From contig JAHJKD010000050.1 of assembly GCA_018822435.1 (NCBI GenBank), positions 1,531 through 65,530 of the forward strand: a stretch of 64,000 bases of DNA. The letters are read 5' to 3'. Made by a program: the position numbers and the translations under genes. Positions 1-8,512 of the stretch are shown here, piece after piece; positions within the stretch are counted from its first letter, which is position 1, and every line of letters begins with the position of its first letter. The notes beneath the pieces are model-generated. The model was not told the origin of the DNA, made no database searches, and was given only the letters and a program-made list of their open reading frames with translations. The stretch comes from Patescibacteria group bacterium. GTDB taxonomy: Bacteria > Patescibacteriota > Patescibacteriia > UBA9570 > JAHJKD01.

Positions 1-681
1 ACCGGTCATGTCAATCACGACGGCATCTTCTTTAATCATGTTTTCTTTAACAGAATTCTGTTCATTCATTGTTGTGACCAAAATATCGGCTTGCCTGGTC
101 ACTTTAGGGTCCAACTTATATAACACTGTAACTCGACCGCCCATGCTAATAAATAACTGGCCTAAAGGACGGCTTAAAAACGGATTGTCGCCTAAAATTA
201 CCACTTCTTTATTTTTTACAGACACGCCCGTCATCTCCATCAGCCTTAAAGCCGCTTGTGAAGTTGAAGGAATAACGCGCGGCTCGCCCAAACTCATCCA
301 GCCTAAATTCTCCGGGTGAAAACCTTCCACGTCTTTCTCTGGATCAATAAAATCAATGATTCGATTTTGGTCCATGTCATCAGGCACAGGCAACTGTAAT
401 AAAATTCCATGCACACGCTTATCTTCATTTAATTTATCAATCAGCTTTAAAACTTCAGCTTGTTCGACATAGTCTTCAAGACCAAAAGTTTCCACTTTAA
501 TTCCAATTTCCTGAGCCTTATGAAAAAACTTCTGATAACCTTCTGATTCCAAATCCAAACCAACCATAATTACGGCCAAAAGCGGCTTAACCCGAAATTT
601 ATCAATTTTTTCCTTAAGCTCAGCAAAAAGCTCTTCGGCCAGGCCTTCACCTGTTAATATTTTAGTAACGTTCTCAGGCAT
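1..681 (-). CDS. folD: Bifunctional methylenetetrahydrofolate dehydrogenase/cyclohydrolase FolD, partial (C-terminal part runs off the window start)
   Basis: Absent from the supplied ORF track because it is open at the window edge. My translation of the minus strand from the ATG at 681-679 gives MPENVTKILTGEGLAEELF...KRVHGILLQLPVPDDMD...EGFHPENLG...DAVVIDMTG, which fits the FolD layout. The ATG overlaps the glyA stop (ATGCCTGA). Confidence 0.85.
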   Translation of the reverse strand, partial: MPENVTKILTGEGLAEELFAELKEKIDKFRVKPLLAVIMVGLDLESEGYQKFFHKAQEIGIKVETFGLEDYVEQAEVLKLIDKLNEDKRVHGILLQLPVPDDMDQNRIIDFIDPEKDVEGFHPENLGWMSLGEPRVIPSTSQAALRLMEMTGVSVKNKEVVILGDNPFLSRPLGQLFISMGGRVTVLYKLDPKVTRQADILVTTMNEQNSVKENMIKEDAVVIDMTG

Positions 682-1972
682 AGGTTATATCAGGATATAA
701 TTTAAATTCTTCTGTTAATTCTGATACTGTCTTCCTAGTATTTTCCTGGGCGTCAGTATTATCCAGATCTTTTAAGACAGCGGCAATGGCAACACCCACT
801 TTTTTCATTTCGCCTTCTTTCATTCCTCTTGAAGTCAGGGCTGGAGTGCCTAGTCTGATACCAGATGGATTAAACGGCGTACGCGTATCAAATGGGATCA
901 TGTTGAAGTTAGTGTAAATTCCCAGGTCTGCTAATTTATTAGCGCCTTCCTTGCCCGTGATATTCAGATCAGTACAATCGATCAACATCAAATGCGTGTC
1001 CGTGCCGCCAGAAACCAATCTCAAACCTTGATTCATAAGCTCATCTGCCAGGGCCTTGGCATTTTTCACGATCTGCCTCTGATATTCTTTATATTCGTCT
1101 GTCATGGCTTCCTTAAAGGCCACGGCTTTAGCGGCAATGACATGTTCTAATGGTCCGCCTTGCATGCCTGGGAATACAGAAAAGTCGATCATGCCCGCTA
1201 AATCTTTTTTAGAATCCGGATGATAAAGATCGTGATATCTGTCTTCTTTTTTGCACATTATAATTGCCGATCTCGGTCCGCGCAGAGTTTTAGTAGTCGT
1301 TGTCATGACGACATCATGGCTGGCCACCGGATTTTCATGGGCGCCCGCAATACATAAACCGGAAATATGAGAAATATCGGCAAAAGCATAAGCATCGATT
1401 TCTTTGGCAATGGCCGCAAACTTTTCAAATTCTACTTTTCGAGGATACGCTGTGGTTCCACAAAGCACGATCTTTGGCCGCTCCTTTAAAGCCAACTGCC
1501 TTACTTCTTCCATGTCCACTTTTTCATCCTTTTTAGAAACACCGTATGGGATGAATTCATATCTTTTTCCGGAAAAATTTACTGGTGAACCATGAGTAAG
1601 ATGACCGCCATGAGCCAGATTCATCCCTAATACCTTGTCTCCTGTATTAATTAAAGCGCCATAAACTTCCATGTTGGCAGAAGAACCAGAATGAGGCTGG
1701 ACATTAGCATGTTCGGCTCCAAAAAGCTCTTTCGCTCTTTCTATGGCCAAATTTTCAATCATATCTATATATTTTGCACCAGTATAGTATCTCTTGCCCG
1801 GATAACCTTCCGCGTATTTATTGGTACAAACCGTTCCCGTGGCTTCCATTACTGCCGGAGAAGCAAAATTTTCCGAAGGAATCATAACTAATCCTTCTCT
1901 TTGCCGGTTTAATTCTTTGTCTAACAGCTCCGCTATTTCTGGATCTTGCTTGCGAATGTTTTCAATGCTCAT
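674..1972 (-). CDS. glyA: Serine hydroxymethyltransferase
   Basis: 432-aa ORF with SHMT motifs NKYAEGYPGKRYYTG and TTTTKTLRGPR (PLP-lysine region). A TTGAGA-N17-TAAAAT promoter lies just upstream at about 2005-2035. Confidence 0.97.
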   Translation of the reverse strand: MSIENIRKQDPEIAELLDKELNRQREGLVMIPSENFASPAVMEATGTVCTNKYAEGYPGKRYYTGAKYIDMIENLAIERAKELFGAEHANVQPHSGSSANMEVYGALINTGDKVLGMNLAHGGHLTHGSPVNFSGKRYEFIPYGVSKKDEKVDMEEVRQLALKERPKIVLCGTTAYPRKVEFEKFAAIAKEIDAYAFADISHISGLCIAGAHENPVASHDVVMTTTTKTLRGPRSAIIMCKKEDRYHDLYHPDSKKDLAGMIDFSVFPGMQGGPLEHVIAAKAVAFKEAMTDEYKEYQRQIVKNAKALADELMNQGLRLVSGGTDTHLMLIDCTDLNITGKEGANKLADLGIYTNFNMIPFDTRTPFNPSGIRLGTPALTSRGMKEGEMKKVGVAIAAVLKDLDNTDAQENTRKTVSELTEEFKLYPDITYA

Positions 1973-2053
1973 TTATTTATGATAATTAATATTATTAGAT
2001 TTATATTTTACCATTCCGCTGATAATTTCTCAAGATATTATCAATGGGATGGG

Positions 2054-2086
2054 GGAGTTCGGAAAAGGAGGGGGAAACCGAACTCC
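2054..2086 (-). terminator. GC-rich hairpin downstream of the aminotransferase-like gene
   Basis: Perfect 9-bp inverted repeat GGAGTTCGG...CCGAACTCC with a 15-nt loop, about 30 nt past the stop codon. No clean U-tract follows. Confidence 0.4.
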
Positions 2087-2116
2087 GGGTGGGAAAAGGA
2101 AGGAAGGCGCCGCACA

Positions 2117-3265
2117 TCAGATCTCCGACGGATCCGGGACATCCGTATGCCACTCCGCGGGAATCTCGAATCCAGGCAGGAGCCGTTCGACCGTAGGCAT
2201 GTCCCGCCGGACCATGGCCCAGTAGGACTCGGCTGCTTTCGCCAGGAGGGGATGGGGCTCGCCGCGCCGTGCGAACGGGGCATCGATGGGCTTGGGATTG
2301 AGGCTGCGTTCCAGCCATTCGAGGTAGGCGTCGCCCTCGCCGTCATGGAAGACTCCCAGAGGCGGGTTCTCGTTGGTGGCTCGCATCACGGCCTGTACGG
2401 GCACGAAGCCGGACCAGGATCCAGAGACCGAAAATCCCTCGGCCTCGACCAGTTCGTGGCGGCTGACAGGCTTCTCTGCCACCGTGACACCCATGTGCTC
2501 GAAGATCTTGATCATGGTGGCCCGCGTCAGCCCGGGCAGGCACCACGAGTGCAGGTCAGGCGTGACCACGGTGTTCTCGTCCTGGAAGACGAAGAACAGG
2601 TTGGATCCGGTCGTCTCAGCCAGATCGTCTCCTTCGTGCGTCATGCCCAGGACTTCGTTGCAGCCGTACCACTTGGCCACCACGCCCTTGAACTTGGCGC
2701 CCAGGGGGTAGTTGGCCGCCGACTTGATGTGCGGGTAGCCGTTGTAGGGGCTGGCCCGCCGGAACAAACGTCCCGGGAAAAGCAAGTTGATGCCGAATTC
2801 GCCCTCAGGCAGTTTGAGGTACTCAGTCAGATCACGCGTGATGATCTGCCAGTCGGCCGTGCCCGTGGCGTGCACCCCGAGCTCTTCGCCCCAGGCCCCG
2901 CCGAAGATGCGGAGGTACACGTCCTGGGCCTGAGTCAGCTCAGCTGCGTTCAAAGAGGCAATCTTGACCATGGCCGTCAGAACTTGCTCGGCCGTAGGAA
3001 TCGTCTCCCGCGGCAAGCCCAGGGCCATCATATTCCGAACCAGTCGCCGAGCGTGGTCCGGACCGCGGAAGATGCGCCGCTTGCCGTCCGCGCACATCCA
3101 GGCTCCGGCCCCGCCGAAGATGCGTGTGCCGTAGTGGCCGTCGTGCCGGTACGGGCTGTGCCCGATCCCGCCGGTCTCGCGAATCTCGCCCTGGACGATC
3201 ATGTGGGTGTGATGGTAGGAACCATCCGCACCCTCGAAACTGTAAACCAAAGGCTTGACGCCCAT
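2117..3265 (-). CDS. Class IV (BCAT/DAAT-fold) aminotransferase-like protein; GC-rich island gene
   Basis: 382-aa ORF. The segments HDGHYGTRIFGG, HIKSAANYPLG and TGSNLFFV...TPDL...LPGLTRATMIKIFEHMGVTVAEKPVSRHEL...SGSWSGFVPV align in my reading with IlvE-type HALHYGTSVFEG, AAKAGGNY and GENLFEV...PGITRD...E. SD-like GGAAGGA lies about 10 nt upstream. The fully overlapping plus-strand ORF 1946..3289 is treated as a GC shadow. Confidence 0.75.
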   Translation of the reverse strand: MGVKPLVYSFEGADGSYHHTHMIVQGEIRETGGIGHSPYRHDGHYGTRIFGGAGAWMCADGKRRIFRGPDHARRLVRNMMALGLPRETIPTAEQVLTAMVKIASLNAAELTQAQDVYLRIFGGAWGEELGVHATGTADWQIITRDLTEYLKLPEGEFGINLLFPGRLFRRASPYNGYPHIKSAANYPLGAKFKGVVAKWYGCNEVLGMTHEGDDLAETTGSNLFFVFQDENTVVTPDLHSWCLPGLTRATMIKIFEHMGVTVAEKPVSRHELVEAEGFSVSGSWSGFVPVQAVMRATNENPPLGVFHDGEGDAYLEWLERSLNPKPIDAPFARRGEPHPLLAKAAESYWAMVRRDMPTVERLLPGFEIPAEWHTDVPDPSEI

Positions 3266-3405
3266 TTTCTTTTCCTTCCGTTAATGTGAGTTGTCAATTA
3301 ACTTTCTTATAATAAAACAGACCCCTCCTTTTTAGAACTCCTTTTTGGTCTGTATTAGCTTGTTTAAATTACTGGAAATACTAAAAAAAATCAAGCTTAA
3401 GTGAT

Positions 3406-3434
3406 TTGACATAAGCCAGGTAAAATAATAAGCT
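3406..3434 (+). promoter_or_regulatory. Sigma70-like promoter for 3475..4332
   Basis: TTGACA (3406-3411), 17-nt spacer, TAAGCT (3429-3434). Confidence 0.45.
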
Positions 3435-3474
3435 TTGGCCACCTTGACAACCTACCAAAAGGAGGGGGAAACCC

Positions 3475-4332
3475 ATGAAACTCACGACCGCACTGGTCAT
3501 CGCGTCCGCCATCACCTTCACTCCGTTTTGCTTCGCACAGATGGATGAAGGGCCCGAACCCGGGGCTGTCCGGTCACCGGGCGAGCCTGTCGACATGTGC
3601 CGCAGCCTTTATGGCTGGGTGCCCTGTTCCGAGGATATGGAGATCACTCATGTCTGTTTCGACCGGTCTTCCAGCTTCAACTGCCTTGACTGCACCATCA
3701 CCATGGCCCTGCTCGGCGTTCTCGATTCCGACCCGCAGAGCATGATCAACACGACCGCCGGCTGCCTCATGAACAACTTCACCCCGGAAGCCTGGGCCGA
3801 ACTCGAACACTGGGAGAAAGACTACACCAGCTCCCTGGGCCCGGCCTTGGCTGGCAAGGACATCGCCGACCTGCTCCAGAACAGTGTTTACATGGCCCGG
3901 TTTGCTTCCTACAATCTCATCTGCAAAGACAAGACCGAGGTGATCCCAGAATCCTTGACCGAGTACGTCACTTTCTGGCGAGAATCCTCCTGGGATGATC
4001 GCGCCCCCTTGCCGGTCATGATCGCCGAAGCTGCTTTTGAAGAGCATCTTGAAGCTCAAGCCTACCTCTTCTCCTTCAACTGCCTCGCCTTTTACCCGCG
4101 CACGCGTGGCAGCCCGCCCATCTACTTCACCCCGGAAGAAGACAGCGAAGCCGAACTTGGAGCCGCCTTGGTTGCTTTCCTTGCCCATCAAAAAATCACG
4201 GCCATCGCCGTGATCAAGGACTCGCCGGAGCAAGCTGCTCTAGAAGCCAAGGACTGGAAGGTCTGTCCTTCTGCCGCCACTGACAACTTCAACGTCGTCA
4301 TCCCCCCACCGATCGTCTACCACTTCCTCTGA
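3475..4332 (+). CDS. Secreted hypothetical protein; GC-rich island gene
   Basis: 285-aa ORF with signal-peptide-like N-terminus MKLTTALVIASAITFTPFCFAQ. Strong SD AAAAGGAGGGGGAAACC ends 1 nt before the ATG. GC-ending codons throughout. No family recognised. Confidence 0.7.
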   Translation: MKLTTALVIASAITFTPFCFAQMDEGPEPGAVRSPGEPVDMCRSLYGWVPCSEDMEITHVCFDRSSSFNCLDCTITMALLGVLDSDPQSMINTTAGCLMNNFTPEAWAELEHWEKDYTSSLGPALAGKDIADLLQNSVYMARFASYNLICKDKTEVIPESLTEYVTFWRESSWDDRAPLPVMIAEAAFEEHLEAQAYLFSFNCLAFYPRTRGSPPIYFTPEEDSEAELGAALVAFLAHQKITAIAVIKDSPEQAALEAKDWKVCPSAATDNFNVVIPPPIVYHFL

Positions 4333-4353
4333 TGCCGTCAAGGCACCTCATCG

Positions 4354-4386
4354 CCTCGGCAGTCTGCTACCCGCATTCTGCCGAGG
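4354..4386 (+). terminator. GC-rich hairpin after 3475..4332
   Basis: CCTCGGCAG (4354-4362) pairs with CTGCCGAGG (4378-4386), 22 nt after the stop. Confidence 0.45.
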
Positions 4387-4457
4387 CCGCCCACTTCTTG
4401 ACTTTTAAACAAAAATATGATAAAATTATTATAATAAAAAATCATTAATATAATTTT

Positions 4458-5030
4458 ATGCCTTCAAGAGAACCAAGTTTTGATTCACAACCAAAAACAA
4501 CAATCGAACAAAAACTCGAACAAAGAACTGACATTCTTGATGATCAAGCATTAACAGAAAAATACAAAGGTGGAATCCAAGTAGATTCATATCCAGTAAA
4601 ATCATCAGCTGACGGCCAATGCATGGCCCAGGAAACCAATCTCCGACTCCCAACTGAATAAACTCGAAGCACTTCAAGCAGAGACACTGTCACGCTACCA
4701 TTAGAAAGTAAAAATTTTTATAAAAATGAAGCAGACCCTAATGCCTCAGATCAATTAGCGTATCACTTTAAGGATAAATACGCTGATGTAAATGGAAAGG
4801 TCGTCCGCGTTGCCCGGCTTATAGGAACTGATAAAGGAGAAAAGTTCTTAATGACATTAGACTATGACATGGAAGGCAATGAAACAACAAAAACAATCAT
4901 GGATGCAAACGGAAATATTCTTAGTACAATGGATCGCCGACAAATAGAAAAACCCGGTAAAAATCTGCCGAACATGGAATTAAAATTTGATATTAAAGAC
5001 GGCGAAGAACAGGTTACCCTAAACTGGTAA
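4458..5030 (+). pseudogene. Hypothetical protein reading frame interrupted by one in-frame TAA (4659-4661)
   Basis: The track lists only 4458..4661 (67 aa). My translation shows the same frame stays open after the TAA to a stop at 5028-5030: ...TRSTSSRDTVTLPLESKNFYKNEADPNASDQLAYHFKDKYADVNGKVVRVARLIGTDKGEKFLMTLDYDMEG...EEQVTLNW. The total of 573 nt is an exact multiple of 3. Confidence 0.5.
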
Positions 5031-5603
5031 TTTTTTATAAGTCATCTTTTTAAGATCTTGCCACCAATCCGTGCTATTGGTGGTTTTTATTTTCTCAATC
5101 ATTTCTTTGGCAGAATCAGTCTCCACGGCTTCAGCTATTTTCACCACCCAGTCATTCATAGATTCATAGCCTTGCTCGGCAAATTCTTTCGCGGTCATGG
5201 CCATTTCCACCCAGTCGGCGTCCTTAGCAACTACTCCCTCTTTTTTGTCCCTGGAATTAAATTCTTTAAAATATTCCAATAATTTTTTCTCAATCTCTTT
5301 AGGCAAATTTTGTACTTGTTCTTCATAAGCTTTCTGCTCTGGTTCAGAATGATCCCAATATCTCGCCCCGACTTTATGCTGGTCGCCCACCCGGCACTCG
5401 CCAATATCATGAAATAAAACCATGCAAGCCGTTTTCTCCTCATCCGCCCCTTCCAGGCCGGCCATGACATAAGCGATGATCGCCGCCCGGCAGGTATGGT
5501 CGGCCAGTGAGTCAGGATCTTTCACGCCCGCCAAAATCGAGCCAGTATGCCTCTGCCTTTTCAATACGCCCATCTCATAAAAAAAATTAACGATTTTTTC
5601 CAT
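5019..5603 (-). CDS. HD-domain phosphohydrolase (YfbR-like 5'-deoxynucleotidase family)
   Basis: 194-aa ORF with ...LADHTCRAA...LFHDIGECRVGD... (H...HD...D metal-binding pattern). Confidence 0.8.
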   Translation of the reverse strand: MEKIVNFFYEMGVLKRQRHTGSILAGVKDPDSLADHTCRAAIIAYVMAGLEGADEEKTACMVLFHDIGECRVGDQHKVGARYWDHSEPEQKAYEEQVQNLPKEIEKKLLEYFKEFNSRDKKEGVVAKDADWVEMAMTAKEFAEQGYESMNDWVVKIAEAVETDSAKEMIEKIKTTNSTDWWQDLKKMTYKKLPV

Positions 5604-5973
5604 ATATCTCTCTTGGTTTATCTTGTTCTAAAAAATCTCCTAAATCTCGCTGCAAAACGTCAAAACTAAGAGTGTCTCGAAACATGAATTCTCCATTTTC
5701 TTTTTTTGCTTCCCATACCATTACCGCAAAATTCTTTAAATCTTCTTGCAATCCCTTGATAATTTTCTTGGAAGGATTCGGACCACAAGTCGAACGATCC
5801 AAAGCAAAACCATGATCAATCTGACCTCCGACATCCCATATTTCTCGACTTCCCTCGTAAGGTTCATCAGCATCAATATATTCATATAAAAAACGAAAGG
5901 CATCATTTAAGGCCTTCAAGTCATCTAAGTGGCTTATGAGGCTTAAAAATGTTGTAAACTCTTTTTCAGTCAT
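5587..5973 (-). CDS. Hypothetical protein
   Basis: 128-aa ORF. Its start overlaps the Elp3 stop (ATGA) and its end overlaps the HD gene start, so the three genes look like one operon. No family recognised. Confidence 0.6.
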   Translation of the reverse strand: MTEKEFTTFLSLISHLDDLKALNDAFRFLYEYIDADEPYEGSREIWDVGGQIDHGFALDRSTCGPNPSKKIIKGLQEDLKNFAVMVWEAKKENGEFMFRDTLSFDVLQRDLGDFLEQDKPREIYGKNR

Positions 5974-7508
5974 ATATTTTTTACCATATAATTATCCTCT
6001 AAATTATAACCCAATTTTCGATAATAGTCCCTTACACCTACTCCGGAGATAACCCAAAGATTGTCATGGCCAGCTTTCTTAGTCAGAGCTTCTGCTTCAG
6101 CCAATAATTTCTTGCCGAAACCAAAATGCTGGACTGCCTTTTCGCCTTTTGCCAGCTCCAGCATCTGCCCATAAGTATGAAGCTCACGAATAAAAGCTTT
6201 TTCTCCCAATCTCAATCGACAAAAAGCAAATAAATATTTTTCATCAGAAGATTCATAAGTTAAAAATATTTCTTTACCGCCTGAAGCCACATAGCCTCTT
6301 TTTACTAACTTGGCCTCACTCAAATCTACTTTAGCCTCACGCGGCTCTCTACATCTGATGCATTTGCACTCAACTCCCCCATCTTGAAGTAATTGCCTCA
6401 AATTAGACACAGTGCTTCCCGCCACGATCGACTCCTGGGGAATATCGCGAATTAATCTCGCAATCCTGACATACTCAGGCATCTCTTTCTTTACCTTTTT
6501 AAGCAATCCTACCAATTCTTCAGTAGTATATGGCTTATACTTTCCCTCTTTATACCATTTATATAATTCCGATCCTTTCGTGACTACGCACGGATAAATT
6601 TTAATCTGGTCTGGCTTAAAATCCGGATTTGTAAATAACTCCCGGAACATCTTATGGTCCTTATCCAAATCAGAGCCCGGCAGATTCGGCATCATATGAT
6701 AAGTTATTTTAAATCCGGCATCTTTTAATAATTTAGTCGCTTGAATAGTTTGCTCTACTCTATGCCCTCTCTGGTTTAGGTCTAAAATATCATCATAGAC
6801 AGTTTGCACGCCCAGCTCGACCCGAGTCGCCCCAAAATCTAACATACGCTGCACTTCTTTTTCATCTACATAATCCGGCCTGGTCTCCAGAGTTAGCCCC
6901 ACCACTCTATGTTCTGCTGTCTCATTTAGTTTCTTAGCCTCTTCCAAATCTTTAGATTCTTTTTTATTATAACCATCATAACAACGCTTAATAAAATCCT
7001 CCTGATATTCCGGCGGCAAGCAAGACCATGTTCCGCCCATCACAATCAACTCACACTTATCTGTCGGATGACCATTGTCATACAAAGCCCGCAGTCTCAT
7101 TTCCACTTGCTTATAGGGATCAAACTCACATAAAACTGCCCGCATCACCGCTGGCTCATTAGAAAGATAAGATTTAGGCATGTCTTTTTCCGTAGGGCAA
7201 TAAACACATTTTCCCGGGCAAGGATGTTCGCGAGTTAAAACAGAAATCACTGCCACACCCGATAAAGTTCGGACATCTCTTTTTCGAAGCATTCTAAAAA
7301 GCTGTTCGTCTTCTTTTATCTCCCCTTTTTTTACTAGAGATCTATATGCCTTAAGAATTTCCGCATTTGTCGCCATGCCTGTGCCATCTTTCTTGGCAAT
7401 CTCTCCTTTTATACGTCGAAGCTGGATCACGTTCTTGGGCTTTTCTTTTATGGCTAATTTTACCAATTCTTCTAGGGCTTTTTTCATAGGGTTATTATAT
7501 ATGAACAT
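5970..7508 (-). CDS. elp3: Elp3-family radical SAM / GNAT acetyltransferase (tRNA U34 cm5-type modification enzyme homolog)
   Basis: 512-aa ORF. Radical-SAM cluster motif CPGKCVYCP, then a TIM-barrel-like region and a C-terminal GNAT motif QHFGFGKKLLAEAE. This is the Elp3 architecture. Confidence 0.85.
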   Translation of the reverse strand: MFIYNNPMKKALEELVKLAIKEKPKNVIQLRRIKGEIAKKDGTGMATNAEILKAYRSLVKKGEIKEDEQLFRMLRKRDVRTLSGVAVISVLTREHPCPGKCVYCPTEKDMPKSYLSNEPAVMRAVLCEFDPYKQVEMRLRALYDNGHPTDKCELIVMGGTWSCLPPEYQEDFIKRCYDGYNKKESKDLEEAKKLNETAEHRVVGLTLETRPDYVDEKEVQRMLDFGATRVELGVQTVYDDILDLNQRGHRVEQTIQATKLLKDAGFKITYHMMPNLPGSDLDKDHKMFRELFTNPDFKPDQIKIYPCVVTKGSELYKWYKEGKYKPYTTEELVGLLKKVKKEMPEYVRIARLIRDIPQESIVAGSTVSNLRQLLQDGGVECKCIRCREPREAKVDLSEAKLVKRGYVASGGKEIFLTYESSDEKYLFAFCRLRLGEKAFIRELHTYGQMLELAKGEKAVQHFGFGKKLLAEAEALTKKAGHDNLWVISGVGVRDYYRKLGYNLEDNYMVKNI

Positions 7509-7535
7509 CGAATTTTAGACGAACTCGAATTAGTT
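7509..7535. repeat. Left arm of the 27-bp inverted repeat flanking the GxxExxY gene
   Basis: CGAATTTTAGACGAACTCGAATTAGTT. The reverse complement of 8356-8382 is CGAATTTGGGACGAACTCGAATTAGTT, giving 25/27 identity with an 18-bp perfect core. Confidence 0.85.
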
Positions 7536-8324
7536 CCTAATAAAATTCCAATTTAATCTTGTCCTATTGAAGTTTGCAATTAATCCTAGCTTAATATTAA
7601 AATATTTCAAGTTTTTCTTCATTTTTTCAATTTCAATTTCTGATATTTCTTTCACTGCTAAAACTCTAACTAATATTTTATTTTCAATAAAAAATAATTT
7701 TACATCGCTTTCCCCAAGGATTTCTCCCTTAAAAGACATGGATTTTTTCTTTTTATACAAAAAGGGAATGCCATTATTTCTTAATTCTATCCATAAGGCC
7801 CTTCTATATACATAATGAAAAAATCCTGGCCCTAAAATTGAATGAACTATTAATAAACAATCAAGAACATCTTTCGATAATCCTGGATAAAGCAAATCAG
7901 GTTTAATAGTTATTTCATTTTTTGGTTTAAAATTTTTATTTTTTAATTTTAAATTATTTATAACTCTCTCATACTGTGCCTTTTCTGATCCAAAATTCAT
8001 TAATATTCCTAAGGAGTAATCAGTAACTTTCAAATAAGAAATTAATTGGGCGATATTAATAGGATGAATTTCATCTCGCGCCTTCAATTCTAAAATTATT
8101 TTATCTTGCACAACAATATCAGGACGACAAAATCCTATTTTATGTCCTTTATAAAGCATGTCTAAAGGTTTCTCTAAAACAAAATTAATTTTCTTTTTGT
8201 TTAAACCAATCGCCATTGCTTTCTGATATATTTCCTCTTTATGTCCTGGGCCAATTTTATTATAAACATCATAATAGACACCTTGTACTAAATAAGATAA
8301 TTCCGGAAAAATAATTTCAGTCAT
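7530..8324 (-). CDS. Tandem GxxExxY-domain protein (PD-(D/E)XK nuclease-like superfamily)
   Basis: 264-aa ORF made of two homologous halves. The first half carries GHKEEIY (GxxExxY). The second half is degenerate (GFFHYVY). Confidence 0.75.
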   Translation of the reverse strand: MTEIIFPELSYLVQGVYYDVYNKIGPGHKEEIYQKAMAIGLNKKKINFVLEKPLDMLYKGHKIGFCRPDIVVQDKIILELKARDEIHPINIAQLISYLKVTDYSLGILMNFGSEKAQYERVINNLKLKNKNFKPKNEITIKPDLLYPGLSKDVLDCLLIVHSILGPGFFHYVYRRALWIELRNNGIPFLYKKKKSMSFKGEILGESDVKLFFIENKILVRVLAVKEISEIEIEKMKKNLKYFNIKLGLIANFNRTRLNWNFIRN

Positions 8325-8355
8325 AAAATATATGGATAATTAATAAATAATTAAA

Positions 8356-8382
8356 AACTAATTCGAGTTCGTCCCAAATTCG
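8356..8382. repeat. Right arm of the 27-bp inverted repeat flanking the GxxExxY gene
   Basis: AACTAATTCGAGTTCGTCCCAAATTCG, the partner of 7509-7535. Confidence 0.85.
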
Positions 8383-8512
8383 GTGTTCATATTCCTCATA
8401 CCAATTCGCGCCCGCGTATGATTCGCGGTAGTCTTCGCGATTGCCAATAAAAAAACGCCCAATGTTTGCCATTTGGACGCCGTAGTTATATATTAAAGGA
8501 AAGAATAACATT

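Noticed and set aside
8-319. A 103-aa plus-strand ORF at the window start.
   Set aside because: It is antisense to a clean FolD reading frame that continues to the window edge. Nothing else supports it.
1946-3289. A 447-aa plus-strand ORF, the longest in this region, plus several 60-110-aa ORFs on both strands between 2001 and 2711.
   Set aside because: It fully overlaps the minus-strand ORF that carries recognisable class IV aminotransferase blocks. Its own product is Arg/Gly/Pro-rich low-complexity sequence with no SD or start context. This is the typical stop-free shadow frame of GC-rich DNA.
8317-8511. A 64-aa minus-strand ORF between the GxxExxY gene and the methyltransferase.
   Set aside because: It spans the right inverted repeat and the promoter region of 8513..9190, and has no start context or recognisable features.
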